From positions 10,632,633 through 10,696,632 of the forward strand of contig OZ037769.1 in NCBI GenBank assembly GCA_964035545.1: 64,000 nucleotides of DNA, written 5' to 3'. Made by a program: the position numbers and the translations under genes. Of the stretch, positions 46,501-61,071 are shown one piece after another (position 1 is the first letter of the stretch; every line of letters starts with the position of its first letter). The notes beneath the pieces are model-generated. The model had not been told where the DNA came from, did no database searches, and worked only from the letters and a program-made list of their open reading frames with translations. The DNA is from Bugula neritina (taxonomy: Eukaryota > Animalia > Bryozoa).

Positions 46501-49500
46501 CGTGGTTCACAAAAATTGAGCAGCTTCTTCACAACTTGTACAAAGCGAAATAATTTAATGCAGAAAGTGCGGAGGGCAGACAACTGAGTTATGGCTATCA
46601 TTGCGACTGGCCCTTTGCTTACAAAGTGTTTCAGATCTTCCAGGCTGATAACCATGTATAGAATGCTACTTGCATATTCGAGATACATTGCATAGTACAC
46701 TATACGTACTCAAAGGGGTCGTAGTCATACGTGGAGCCCAGATTCTCCAGGAGGTCTTTACGGAGATGCTGTACCGACATGTCCATCAGCCCTCGGCCAA
46801 GACAGTAGTGAGGTAGCACAAGGAAAGCCTATCAAACAAAAAAATAACATTGCCACATGCTCACACTTGGAAGTATTCTGTTGCTGTGTGTTATATCATT
46901 GGGAATTGTGTACAACAAGTGATAGAAAGACAATACTCTTTATAGGCAGTTTGACTTCGTACATAAACTTAAGTTGGCAATTATCAGTGAATCATAAACT
47001 TTCTTTTGATAATTGGAAATAGAGAATGATAATATTTTTTAACTAACTCAAAGTTATAAGTTATGGTGGACAAGAATGGTGAGAACATAAATAAGAATTC
47101 AGCTACTGAATGCAATGTCCCATATAAGGTGGTGTGATTCTCAAGTTCCATTGGTAAAAGGATGGGTAATGACACAGCTAAATAGTAAAAACAAGATTGT
47201 CATACTAGTATTAGTTCACTGACCCTGTTTGTTAGCCTCCGTAACTATGCAATAGAATACCATTGTTTAGGAAATACAGAAATGATGATTTACCTTCTTC
47301 AGTTTAACACTGATTTCATTTAGCTCAGGCTCTTCGGGGAACAACTCCAAAATGTATGTAGAGACTGTTGATATTATGCCCAGGAAAATGTTGAGACAGC
47401 CCAATAGCACATAAGCCATGCTTGACTCCTATTGGAGGAAATATTCAACATATTGTCAGGCACAAGCAAATGTATTTTTAAAAGTCAGCAGTTTTATTTT
47501 AAACAAATTTAGATTTGCGCTGCTGACGTGAACATAGCCTTTCTACTGCCCAAGTTTAGTCTGACAAACATTAATGTCTTGCCAAATACATGATACGATC
47601 GAGTGAACAGTTGTTGTTGTAGTGTATAATAGCATGTGCAGAGGTGATGGATACGCAAAAGTTGCAGGACAGTAGAAAATAAGAAGCTTTGTTATTGTAA
47701 TGTGATCCTTTAACAAAATTAGTGTTATATTACAGCTCATGATGTTACATGGTGGTATAATTACTGCAAGTACAGCAATATAAGGGGACAAGAATGTTGG
47801 AGCAAGTCATAACCATAAAGAGCTACAAAGGGGGAGGTCTCACTTACAACCCTTGGACTCAGTTTAGCAAATTATTCGCGAAAAACAACTTGTGTTATCT
47901 TCCTTAAACAATGATATCCTTACTTAGAAAGTTACCAATGATGTTGATCTGTTGTTTACATAGTGAATCACAGCATAATATTCAGAAGATATCAATTAAT
48001 TGGAATTCCAATGTATTGCATCTTATTTATGATACAATGTATATTTATATACAATAGTTTACTACTTTTTAATGCTTACTTTTTGTCAGCTATCAGTTAC
48101 ATCTACTTAATTGTCACCTAATAACATTACTCAATAGTTTTGACCCTAAAGGTCAAACAAAAACAACGAATACCCAAAAATAAACAAACAATAATACATA
48201 AAAAAGACTAAGTACCTTGAATACATAGCTGAATGGATACATGAAGGGAATCATAGCCCAACCGTACAGCAATAAAAGTAGAGCAAGACAGGGTCCATTT
48301 GTTGCCGACACAAACGCCTTCTCGTTGAAAGCCAAGAAGATGAGGAAACAGAGAGAGGCACAGATGATGTAATTCATCATATCCCAAAAGAAGTTGGTGA
48401 GCCAGTATATGGTTCTGTTCATCCCGCTAACATACTACAGGTATTCAACAGTGTACGTGTACAGTGTACGTGTACATTATACGTGTAGAGTGTGCATGCA
48501 ACTTGTATATATATAACGTACATATGCAGCGTACATATAGAGTGTACATAGTGCACATATACAGTATACATATAAAGTGTACGTATACAGGGTACATACA
48601 AAGTATACATGTGGACTACACATACAGAACATAGTGTATTGCGTATTTGTCATACACGACTAGAAGTACACTATATGATGCACAGCTAATAGGTTACTCC
48701 TATCATTGCATTATTCAGAGTCATTCAAGTAACAACAGAGTCAGTGAGCCATAGACTTGATTTAATCATTTGAAATGCTTGACTAGAATTGACTGCAAGA
48801 CATAAACATCCCACTGAAAGGAAACTTGAATAAATAGTATGTGTAAAATGTGGAGTATTTCTACATTCTATAAGTAAAGCGTCAACTACAGTGAGATTTT
48901 ACTGCGAGCTTTAGCCTATTTTGGCTCCTACACTACAAAATAAACGTCATGTAACAATACACAGGTTCCAAAGGAAGTATAGAAATTAGTACTAGTAAAG
49001 ATAAGCAGTAGACCAGAAATTCTATGGTGATTTACTTACCTGAAGATTTTTGCTGGTTGACACCTTGTCCATAATCAGGTAGAGCACAAACGTAGCTGGG
49101 ATTAATGACATGGCAAATATGACACACAAGGATATTAGCAGTGTTATGTAGCTTCTGTTAGCTAGCTCCTGTTGAACAATATAGAACAGCCTGGTACTAA
49201 TCATAATAAATAGTGTCAACTAAAGGATACCAAATTAAATTTATCACAACAGAAAGAGAATAATGTTATATTTGATCATCCAGGTTTGCTAGAGATCTGA
49301 GAGTACACAACTCCTACAGGCTGCATCAGATCTCTACTGTAAACCTATTCTGATGACAAAACTGAAACTCATTTGGAAATAATTATCTAAGAACCTGAGT
49401 TATAGTAGCATCATATTGTCTGGTTAGAAAACAGATATAATATAACTTGATATAATACAACAGTGAATAAATTATTATACAACGCATCGTACATTATATC

Positions 49501-52500
49501 AAAAAGTATAATACATTATAATACAATGTAGAATACATTATAATACAATGTAGAATATACTATAATACAATGTAGAATATATTATAATACAATGTAGAAT
49601 ATATTACAATACAATGTATAATATATTATAATATAATGTAGAGTATACTATAATACAAGGTAAAACATATGATAATACGACGTAGAGCACACACCTTCTG
49701 AAGTTGGTAGTCAGTACGGTTCATAGGATGATTGATGGCAGTGAGTCCAAAATCTCTGTAGTTCTTGTAACCAGCCAGCTTCAGTTTCTGTCTCATTATC
49801 ATGTTGTTGGCAGCATTCATGTAGCTGACACTGGACGCCCAGCCTTTATTGTTGAACCACACCTACTCACATGTACAGACAGACAATTACTCACATGTAC
49901 AGTTCATACGGCAAGAAGACAGAAGCTGCTTATGGGGTTATAAATAACCCTAGCATGAGTGACTGGTGGATGTTTAAGTGCTTCAATCAAGTGTTGATAA
50001 CAATACAACAGATAGAAAGCTGGAACTCAAGCCCGCACTGTCTGTTCTCAGATATATTCACATAGCTTACTGGAGTTAGTGAGGAGAAGAGAACAGAAGC
50101 AGTTATCTCACCTTGATATTCTCATGGATATTCACACTGTCCAGCAGATCTTCAATAGACTCAGCGATATCAGCAGCTATGACAGAGTGGTTGGGCATTA
50201 AACCTTCAATAATGGACTCGATGTCCGACTCGTTTACCGTAGCTTCAGATCCACCGACATCAAAACTGAACCCTCCAAATCTAAACATATACATAGAATG
50301 ATGCGTCCTGCAATCTCCAGTACTCCAGCAGAAGGTATAGAATGTATATGTGACACCAAAGCCAGTGAGGCAAAGGAATGGAATCCCTAAATTTCTCCAC
50401 TACCATTTGACTTTTTATCAGCAATAAAACATTTCTAAAGGCGAGAGAAAGTTCTCGTGCTATTTATAGATCTATTCTAACTTCTGTGACATTGAATTTC
50501 GCATTCCAACAGCTGATGATTTAAAATCGTGGTGTAATTTTCTCACATATGTAGTTACCTGTGACATTTAGCGCATGGCATCTAATGACACATGATGTAT
50601 CTACCAGCATACAAAGCATAAACTTACCGTCGCATAATGTACGGCTCCATAGTACTGACCAGCCACTCAGACACATTGTGTCCAGTTAGATTGAGGAGGT
50701 GGTCATTGTTGGACAGTGTGATATTAGCTGGCATGGCTGGTATACCCTCACATTGCTGATAGCCTGGAAAATCAAACACATACTTTTACTTGAAAAATCC
50801 GCAGGAAAAGTTGGTTATATCTGATAAAACCAGAGGAAAACTCCAGAAATCTCAAGGTTATTCAAATGTCAACATACCAGTATCTTCACAGTTACACTCA
50901 GGGGATATGTTAGAGTTCTGAGCTGTCCAATAAGATTCCACATCAGTCTTACACGGCAGTCCATCTATCTGATAAACATCTGGGTTCATGCACCGTGTGC
51001 CGTATTGAGACTCGGCCACCAGCTCCTCCAATGACTTGGTGAATGAGGAGTTCACATATTCATTTCTACTCATCATAAAGAGTAGGACACTCAGCTCAAT
51101 GTATAATATACCAGTCAGCTACAGCTACTGCAATACTACCAACCTTTCACTAAGTTGACTGTGGTAGTTCTCACAGAACATTCTTCTACTACCGCTTCTA
51201 CAACTACTGCCGCTACTGCCGCTGCTGCCGCTACTACTACCACTACTACTACTAGTACTACTACTGCTACCACTACTACTACTAATACTACTACTACTAC
51301 TGCTACTACTACTAATACTACAACTACTACTGCTACCGCTTCTACTGCTGCTACTACTACTAGTACTACTACTACTACTGCTGCTGCTGCTACTACTATT
51401 ACTACTACTATTGCTGCTGCTACTACTATTACTACTACTACTGCTGCTGCTGCCACTATCACTTTTACTGCTACATCTACTGCTGCTACTACTGCTACTA
51501 CTACTACTGCTGATGCTGCTGTTATTGTTACTACAGACGCTATATGGCGAAATGACAACAAATGCTCTCAAATCAAATAACCTTTAAACATTCGACTCAT
51601 CAACAAGTTGTACTGTCTAACCTGTAGAACACATTGAGGTGAGATCCTTTAGAGTCAGGCTCATACATCCAGGGCTGGAGCTCGAGGGGAGGCTGAGGTT
51701 TGATTGGTGGAACTGCCAGAGAGAATGCCATGGAGAGAAGGATGAAGAAGGCGGGCAGTATAATTTCACAGAGAAAAGCTATCTTGTCTCGCCGAATGTG
51801 GTGAAAGCGCTTCACTATTAGAGCTAACATCTGCTGGTAAATCAATCGCCATCCGGAGAGTTTGTGGGCTGAAGAACATAAACGCCTTACTTAAAAGACA
51901 GTGCAGGGTGTGTATGTGTCCATATGCATAATTTGTATACAGAAATGTTTAAAAATCTTAATATATTTGCGCAAAATCCATCCAGAAAACAGTGAGGTTA
52001 GTTCAAAATACACCAAGACACGCGACAAAAACGTAACCAGAATGTTGAAATTGATCTCCTGAAACATATTGACCTAAAACTATTTGCAGATCTAATGCCT
52101 TTTCATACAATTAATGGCAAACGACTATTAGCATTAACCGATGCTCAAATATAGTTCAGACTATCACTTTATGTTAACGACTCCATTATCATGACATGTT
52201 AAACAATATTATATACTCTAACAAACCACCTTTATCTTCATAGTCTACAGCACTCCCATCTTGTATATTTGTGTCTACTTGGCCGTTAGAGAAACGGAAT
52301 GATAATTGTCCCCCATCACTAACGGGAATCGTGTCCTCTTCTTCACTCAGCCCACCATCAGTGGAATCTCCTAGAAACAAGAGTTCCCATGTTTACACTG
52401 TATGCGTATATCCACTCTATTAGCCTGGTCTTGTCAACACAATAATTATTGTAAAACAAAGTGCTGTCTAGTGCAGCACACCGGAGATAGCCAACAGAGG

Positions 52501-55500
52501 ATCGCTATTGCATGTGCACACGGTCACCAGCACGCAGCACACATGACTAATACTAAATGGTACCTGAGTTGTCAATGTCCGGTCTTAGGTTATTCTGAGC
52601 ATTCTCTAAATCAGCATCCACCTCTGACTAGAAGAAAATAATAAAAAGCTAATCCAAGGCATAAAACTAGTTGTTACAGAATTAGCAGAATTACTTAGGA
52701 AACAGATCATACACTGCAACATGTCAAAATATGGACAGCATGTTGAATGCATAGTGAATAACTTCTGTATATTCCCAACAGACTACACTAGAGTATGTAA
52801 TGGACCAGTCACATTACTATTACAGTCTGAATACAGTACAAATATATCATTAATATATAGTATCAGTTGACTGACAAGTCATGTAGGGTATTACTATTGA
52901 ACTATCAGCACTCAGTACTACTCACGAGTTACTAATACACAGTCACAGTATTACTAGGGAGTTATCAGTACACAGTATTACTAGGTAGTTGTATCAGTAC
53001 ACAGTATTACTAGGGAGTTATCAGCACAGGGTATTACTAGGTAGTTATCAGTGCACAGTATTACTAGGGAGTTATCAGTACACAGTATTACTAGGTAGTT
53101 ATTAGTACACAGTATTACTGGGAAGTTATCAGTACATGGTATTACTAGGTAGTTATCAGTACACAGTATTACTAGGTAGTTATCAGTACACAGTACTACT
53201 AGGAGTTATCAGTACACAGTATTACTAGGTAGTGATTAGTACACAGTATTACTAGGAAGTTGTCAGTACATGGTATTACTAGGTAGTTATCAGTACACAG
53301 TATTACTAGGGATTTATCAGCTCACTCCTAGCATAGTTTTTGCCTAAGACTCACAATCTCTGAAAGACTCGGGTGCCCAACGGAAGCCCCGTCTTCATCT
53401 TGGTGCAACTGGTAGTTTTTTCTTGATTTCTTAAATCTAAGCTGTGAGATTTTAGACCTTAATTTGCTCAATGCTTTTCGAGCTCCACTTTTCCATCTGA
53501 AAGATGGGGGTTTGGCTAAATTACCCCCATCTGTCAATAAATCTTCTGTATCCACTCCTGCAACAAAAGATATCACAATTTTAGATCAAGAAATAAAAAG
53601 TGACTCGTATCAATTTGAAAACAACTAGAAATGTATTGAGAGTTGATTTACAAACCAGAGTAATGCGTAATAGAATATTATATAATTAGAATCTAATTAA
53701 CAACTTTCACAGCAGCATCTTTGCTATTTCTGAGGCCACTGAGATTTAAAACTTGAAATTTAAATACAACGAGAACTAAGTTAGTGTAGACTGTAGAGTA
53801 TAGAAAATGACAAATTACAATTTTTTCTTTGCAAACTTAATAAATTTTAAGTGTGACCTTTGGTAATTTCACAGGTTTTATACTTTGTATTACTAGCCTC
53901 TTTTTGGGCTAATCTATAAAGATCGACCTAAAGTTTGGTGACTTGTAATACACAGCCCTAGTTGATACAGGTGAGTTTAATGTCAGTACAGTCTCATGTC
54001 ATAGTAGCATATTCCTACCAGTCTCATCGGCAATTTTAATGAAGATTTCCTCGAGGGTGGTATCACAGATCCCGTAGTCAGATATGCCGAGTTTCTCCAT
54101 GTTACTGTCCAGATCTGTGAACAGTTTGGTGAAGGCTCCAGTCTTTGTTTCTACAGCAGGATATGTCAGTCAGATAAAGAGGAGTGACAGTACAGTAGCT
54201 AATATAGTATAGTAATATAGTATAGTAATATAGTACAGCAATATAGTACAGTAATATAGTATAGTAATATAGTACAGTAATATAGTATAGTAATATAGTA
54301 CAGCAATATAGTACAGTAATATAGTATAGTAATATAGTACAGTAATATAGTATAGTAATATAGTATAGTAATATAGTACAGTAATATAGTATAGTAATAT
54401 AGTATAGTAATATAGTACAGTAATATAGTATAGTAATATAGTTCAGTAATATAGTATAGTAATATAGTACAGCAATATAGTACAGTAATATAGTATAGTA
54501 ATATAGTACAGCAATATAGTACAGTAATATAGTATAGTAATATAGTATAGTAATATAGTATAGTAATATAGTACAGCAATATAGTACAGTAATATAGTAT
54601 AGTAATATAGTATAGTAATATAGTATAGTAATATAGTATAGCAATATAGTACAGTAATACAGTAACATAGTACAGTAATATAGTAGAGTAATATAGTACA
54701 GTAATATAATATAGTATTATAGTATAGCATTATAGTACATTAATATAGTACAGTAATATAGTACAGTAATATAGTATAGTAACATAGTATAGCAATATAG
54801 TATAGTAATATAGTATAGTAATATAGTACAGTAATATAGTACAGTAATATAGTATAGTAATATAGTATAGTAATATAGTACAGTAATATAGTATAGTAAT
54901 ATAGTATAGTATTATAGCACAGTAACATAGTACAGTAATATAGTATAGTAATATAGTATAGTAATATAGTACAGTAATATAGTACAGTAATATAGTACAG
55001 TAATATAGTACAGTAATATAGTACAGTAATATAGTATAGTAATATAGTATAGTAATATAGTACAGTAATATAGTATAGTAATATAGTATAGTAACATAGT
55101 ATAGTAATATAGTACAGTAATATAGTATAGTATTATAGCACAGTAATATAGTACAGTAATATAGTACAGTAATATAGTACAGTAATATAGTATAGTAATA
55201 TAGTATAGTAATATAGTACAGTAATATAGTACAGTAATATAGTATAGCAGTATAGTACAGTAATATAGTACAGTAATATAGTATAGCAGTATAGTACAGT
55301 AATATAGTACAGTAATATAGTATAGTAACATAGTATAGCAATATAGTATAGTAATATAGTATAGTAATATAGTACAGTAATATAGTACAGTAATATAGTA
55401 TAGTAATATAGTACAGCAATATAGTATAGTAATATAGTATAGCAGTATAGTACAGTAATATAGTATAGTAATATAGTATAGTAATATAGTAGAGTAATAT

Positions 55501-58500
55501 AGTACAGTAATATAGTATAGTAATATAGTACAGTAATATAGTACAGTAATATAGTATAGCAGTATAGTACAGTAATATAGTATAGTAATATAGTATAGTA
55601 ATATAGTACAGTAATATAGTACAGTAATATAGTATAGCAGTATAGTACAGTAATATAGTACAGTAATATAATATAGCAGTATAGTACAGTAATATAGTAC
55701 AGTAATATAGTATAGTAACATAGTATAGCAATATAGTATAGTAATATAGTATAGTAATATAGTACAGTAATATAGTACAGTAATATAGTATAGTAATATA
55801 GTACAGTAATATAGTACAGCAATATAGTATAGTAATATAGCATAGCAGTATAGTACAGTAATATAGTACAGTAATATAGTATAGTAACATAGTATAGTAA
55901 TATAGTACAGTAATATAGTATAGTAATATAGTACAGCAATATAGTACAGTAATATAGTATAGTAATATAGTATAGTAATATAGTACAGTAATATAGTACA
56001 GTAATATAGTACAGTAATATAGTATAGCAATATAGTACACTAAGTACAGTAATCAGCTAAAGTAGAGAATAGTTATATTTGCTGGTTTCCAGTCTATAGC
56101 CAGAAAACCTACCTTCAGATGGAAGTTGGAAGACCATCTCCTGACCCGCACAGTCCATTAGGACTGAACCTGGCACTCGACTAGTAACAAAACCTTCTAT
56201 CTCTTTCTCTAAAGACTGTGCAGCTTGCTCATTCTCAGCCCTCACCAATGTGAGGTAATACCTACATCAGCAGAGCTCACTCATTGAACTAACAACCTTC
56301 CACGTAATATGTAATACAATATTTCAACACCGTTAATTATATGGAAATGGTAAAACACAAGTTAGCTATGACTACGAGTTAACAATTAAGCACAGTAACT
56401 GCTACAATAGAGCACCAGTCTTGGTAGTATCTGTGTTGCTGAGTCTTGAGTCACCCTGGAGCTAGTTCTGGCACCAGTTGAACCATATGTTCTCCCAGAA
56501 TAAGCTAGCTCTTACTATAGTCTATACCAGGGCTGTCCAACATGTGGCCCCAGCTTACATTTGTGTGGCCCTCAAAGGTATAACAGATTTTTCACACATA
56601 TATATGAATTAGAGTGGGAAAACCACCTTTTAAATGTCTTATTTTTACATATGCTAAAAACAAGCATCCTTCAGTGATTATTGGGACCACATTGTGTAAT
56701 GATTCATAGAAATTTTAAATAAAGTTATTTGAAAATTACTTTTGCTGTGGCCCCCAGTCTAAGCTAAATTTTACAATGTGGCCCTCGCCATGAAATATTC
56801 CATTTTTCCATTTTAGTGGCCCTTGTCCTAAAAGGCTGGACACCCCTGGTCTATACTATAGACTAGCAGTATATTAAAGTATAATATAAATAGACTAGCA
56901 GTATATCAAAGTATAATATAAGTAGACTAGCAGTATATTAAAGTATAATATAAGTAGACTAGCAGTATATTAAAGTATACTATAAATAGACTAGCAGTAT
57001 ATTAAAGTATACTATAAATAGACTAGCAGTATATTAAAGTATAATATAAATAGACTAGCAGTATATTAAAGTATACTATAAATAGACTAGCAGTATATTA
57101 AAGTATACTATAAATAGACTAGCAGTATATTAAAGTATAATATAAATAAACTAGTGGTATATTAAAGTGTACTATAAGTAGACTAGCAGTATATTAAAGT
57201 ATAATATAAGTGTGCTAGTGGCATACCCATTGCCATGGAGCCCTTTGAGGTAAAGACTAGAGCCAGCACAGCACAGTTTCCCCTGACTGATAATGGCTAT
57301 CCTGTCACCAAGAAAGTCTGCTTCATCCATGTGATGAGTAGAGAGGAGAATTGTCCTCCCCTGTTTAAACTTGAGTAGCAACTCCCAGATCTAGTAATGT
57401 ACAAGATATACAATATAATATATGAAATATATGCAACAAATATAAAGTACGAGTATATAATGTATACAATATGTAAAATGTAAATATTGTCTAATATTAT
57501 ATGCAAGGTATAATATATTCAATGTACGTATATAGTGTGTATAATGTACAGCAGAAGTGAACAGATTGCAACAGCATTGGAAAATCTCAAAGACAAAACA
57601 GCATGTAATGAATGCATAGTCCTTATGAGAGAGATAGATACTATATTCCCTTGGACAGAAACGTTTTGCTGTACTCATAGAAGAGCGTGGAATAAGTTGA
57701 AACAGGAAATTATTGTTTAGGCATCATATTAGGGTTATATTATATTGGACCATGTTTAAATTTATAAGCTCTGTGAACTCTGTCTCTTAATAGTTGGGTG
57801 AGTTCTTCTATGAGTGAAGCACTGTTAATGGTGAGAGATAGGAAATGGCAAGCTGGGACCACAGCAGATCTAGCACTGATTATGTTAAAAATAAGACCTG
57901 GATCTGGCTTACAGGTTGTTTTGTGTGCACCTCTCTCCAAACACCCACCTGTCTCCAAACACCCACCTGTCTCCTGGAGTAGGGATCCACGCCAGCTGTC
58001 GGCTCATCAAGAATCACACATTTAGAGCCTCCAACAAACGCACACATAACGGACAACTTCCTCTTCATTCCACCTGCAATTAAATACATCTATCACATTA
58101 CATTACATTACATTACATACAGTAGCACACACCATGAGAATAGACCGGAGTTACTGGGTTTTCCGATTCACAACACAGTATGGAGTGTAGTGATGAGTCA
58201 AGCGCTACTTGAGTATACACTTAGTGTGAGGACACAGACGGATTTCCGCATGCGGATTCAAATTCGTGAAAATCCTTTGCGGGAACAACCTACTACATAC
58301 AGTGCGTTGTCTGTGGAAAGCAAAAATTTACTAGCTAATAATATTTGTGTTTAACTTTACTGTTCACCTACAGGCTATTGTTTCTATAGCTACACATTTT
58401 GCTTTGCAGCAAGATGATGACTTTAGATTAAACACAGAAGATGAAAACACCGAATCACTAGAAAGTAAACCTGAACTTGACATTAGAAGTGTGCTTACTA

Positions 58501-61071
58501 AATGGCAACTAGCCAATTAAATTAAATTCACACCAACTTTCTGCACTGGCCGCACAAAATCCAACTTAAATCCGCACACAACAGCCATTTCTTGCCCATG
58601 TGAATTTTCTACTCGCTATTTGGGAGAGCTGTATCGCAGTTATGAAAAGATAACTCCGAAGATATACATGAAACCTCTACCACACTACGCACCAGATAAA
58701 GACTTGGCGCGAGCATTCTTCTTGGGCATCATGCCAGTAGCCAGTAACATGTTCATCATCTCCTCTTCCGCCTGCTTGTAGCTGAGTCCTTTGAGCTGCC
58801 CGTAGAACAGGATGTGCTCCGAGACGGTCAGCATGTCATACAAGACGTTGAACTGGGGACAGAAACCCATCGACTTCCTCACTTCATCCAGATCTTGCCT
58901 GTTGAAACGGCAGTGGAATCATCAGAGTAAGTAGAGGAAATATAGTGTAGCTGTGAGACTAGGATTAAAGTAGTGCAGAGAGGAAGTGAAGTGACAGAAG
59001 AGTTACAGTGTGGTAGTGGTTGAAAGATAGACCAGATGATTAGGAAAACAGTTATCTTTTTTATGCACATATTTCTGGTATGCAGCTACTCTTTAGAAAG
59101 AAGGCAGGTGTGAGATGTCAACATAATGCTGATGAAATGCACAACACAAAGTCGCCTGCTATTGCAGACCCTCAACATCAAACTGAATTCATCTCCCAGA
59201 TTGTTGAATTAGATGGTGAATACTTGATATATGAAGATAGTCAAAAACAGTGACTGAGTATATAGCATGTAGTATGCAATATAATGGACTCAGTATGTAG
59301 TATATACTATATAGCATGTATTGTTTAGTATATATAAAACCTAGTATATATCATGTGGTGTATAGCATGTGGTGTATAGCATGTGGTGTATAGCATATAG
59401 TGTATAGCATACAGTATACAGCATATAGTACACAGCATATAGTGTATAATATATAGCATATAGTGTATAGTACGTAACATGTAGCATATAGTACATAGAG
59501 CAATACCTGATGTCCTTATCATACACATACGCTGTACCACTGGTTGGAGGAAACAGGCCACAGAGAATACTCATAGTAGTTGTCTTCCCAGCTCCATTAT
59601 GACCCAGGAAGGATGTTATCTGGTCCTCATAGAAATTGAGAGACAGATTGTCCACAGCCAGCTAAAACATACAAATATGATGAGAGTCTTTGTTTGGGGA
59701 GCAGCCAGTGGTCTATTGGTTAGAGCGCTGACTTAGTTAACACAAAGTCAGCGCTTCAAATTTAGATACAGATACATGGTAATGTTAGGAAGGGCATTCA
59801 GTCGTAACTGCCCCTTTGCCACAATGGTAAAAAAGTCCTTAGCCTGCCTAAAAAACCCTTTTTCAGGGGTTTTTACAAGGATAGCGACTATAAGCCTACA
59901 GGAGGCTTTTCTGCATTAAACAATGCAATGACTGTTCTCAATGCACCAGCTCCTTCATGATAACGAATGAATTGCTACTACACACACCCACAATATAATA
60001 AACAGCTCTTATGCACCTTTTTACCAGCTGAGTAAACTTTCCTAAGGTTCTGCAGCTTAACCCCAAGTTTCAGATGTGTCGGTTCGGCTTCGCACTGAAC
60101 ATTTTCTACAGAGTTGCTCCCTGGTTGGTCAGGTGTGTTGTGTGCAGCTGCATTACTACCGCACCAGAAAGATCTACAGAATCACAAGTGTGTATGTGTA
60201 TATATACGCATGTATGTACTTACGCAATATATGCATTTCCATATGCACGTACACATGCATATATGTATGTATATGTGCATGTATGTATATTTTTACTTAA
60301 TAAATCTGTTGTTTATAACAAATTTATGTTCAGCTTCTTCTGTAGTTTTATGCAAGTAGTGTAGAAAAGTTATAAAAATTGGCTGATACCACAAATCATT
60401 ACTATAAGCCCTAAGGTTTATCCCATTGCTAGCAATCTTAGTAGATGTATTTGTGTTCCCAGTACCCATTGCTAGCAATCTTAGTAGATGTATTTGTGTT
60501 CCCAGTAAAACATGCCTTTCCATGACTCATGACTCATGGCTGCCAAATGGATACACCTGCCTGTACTATACTTACTTGGTGAAAGGAAAGTAGAACGGCT
60601 TAGGCATGCCGTATTTCCCAGGAAACACGTGCTCTTTATACCAAGCAATGAGGCAGTAAAGAATTCCGTCCAGAAACAGCATGCCAATACACTTAGACAG
60701 ACTGTATGTGTCATCAGGAAGAGGGCTGAAAGAGTATATTCTTTAGAGTTGTGGCCGACTTTACATTGTTAGTAGTACAATAATAGTCTTAGTAAAGGCA
60801 AGACTTTCGCAGGCATAGCATAAATTCACTAACCTTTTAGATATGTTGTCCCATTGAATGCCCACTCCCTGCTCTTCGTATCGAGCCACGTACGTGGTGC
60901 CCAGACCAAATGCAACGGGTGAGAGAAGACAGGCTATCCCCTTCATCCAACCAGTCATCATTTGTTCATATTGATGCACAACAGCATAGGGGAGGTAGAG
61001 AGTGAAATAGAATATAGCTCCACAGCATGCAGCCAAATTAGCTTTCGTGAAAAACACGCTGAACATAAACG
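43501..61071 (-). CDS. ABC transporter subfamily A, ABCA1/2/4/7-like; 5'-partial (~28 exons visible)
   Basis: Approximate exons: 61071-60834, 60725-60576, 60173-60017, 59661-59507, 58898-58693, 58073-57967, 57390-57227, 56261-56113, 54150-54019, 53557-53355, 52627-52564, 52370-52230, 51868-51622, 51065-50878, 50763-50628, 50280-50112, 49862-49695, 49168-49040, 48434-48216, 47428-47294, 46828-46710, 46379-46204, 45985-45778, 45422-45284, 44873-44720, 44522-44367, 44059-43875, 43710-43501. NBD1 GHNGAGKTT / LSGGMKRKL / [10 protein letters not shown]; NBD2 GVNGAGKTT / LSGGNKRKL / MDEPTTGMDP; ECD2 VWFNNKGW; QTSLDHVF. Last exon boundary uncertain. Confidence 0.95.
45990..46203 (-). repeat. ~25-bp minisatellite filling an ABCA intron
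   Basis: tactatactatatactgtatgtact units; the minus strand repeats GTAAGTACAT. Confidence 0.9.
49510..49655. repeat. ~22-bp minisatellite
   Basis: tataatacaatgtagaatatat units. Confidence 0.85.
51185..51512. repeat. Cryptic (ACT/GCT)n trinucleotide repeat
   Basis: Intronic; explains the poly-Thr/Ser/Val ORFs. Confidence 0.9.
52945..53320. repeat. ~27-bp minisatellite
   Basis: cagtacacagtattactaggtagttat units. Confidence 0.9.
54200..56040. repeat. 13-bp minisatellite (~1.8 kb)
   Basis: taatatagtatag / taatatagtacag variants; source of the long YYTILL ORFs. Confidence 0.95.
56528..56848. mobile_element. hAT (Charlie-type) MITE
   Basis: TIR CAGGGCTGTCCA / TGGACACCCCTG; perfect 8-bp TSD GTCTATAC (56520-27, 56849-56); internal TGTGGCCC subterminal repeats. 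Confidence 0.9.
56858..57210. repeat. 32-bp minisatellite
   Basis: tagactagcagtatattaaagtataatataaa, ~11 copies. Confidence 0.92.
59340..59495. repeat. ~14-bp degenerate minisatellite
   Basis: tgtatagcatgtgg / tgtatagcatatag units next to the ABCA donor at 59506. Confidence 0.75.
59701..59895 (+). mobile_element. tRNA-derived SINE (second copy)
   Basis: gcagccagtggtctattggttagagcg...aacacaaagtca...aagtccttagcc...tcaggggttt...gatagcgactata matches the reverse complement of 31245-31445. Confidence 0.75.
60422..60506. repeat. ~43-bp direct duplication
   Basis: cccattgctagcaatcttagtagatgtatttgtgttcccagta occurs twice. Confidence 0.9.

Noticed and set aside
49349-49372. Second CTGATGA...GAAA hammerhead-like match
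   Set aside because: No stem I, II or III pairing.
51125-51580. Mucin-like poly-Thr, poly-Ser and poly-Val ORFs
   Set aside because: Intronic trinucleotide repeat; the flanking ABCA exons splice in frame without it.
54102-56040. Long ORFs (up to 436 aa) of YYTILL repeats
   Set aside because: Translations of a 13-bp intronic minisatellite that is open in several frames.
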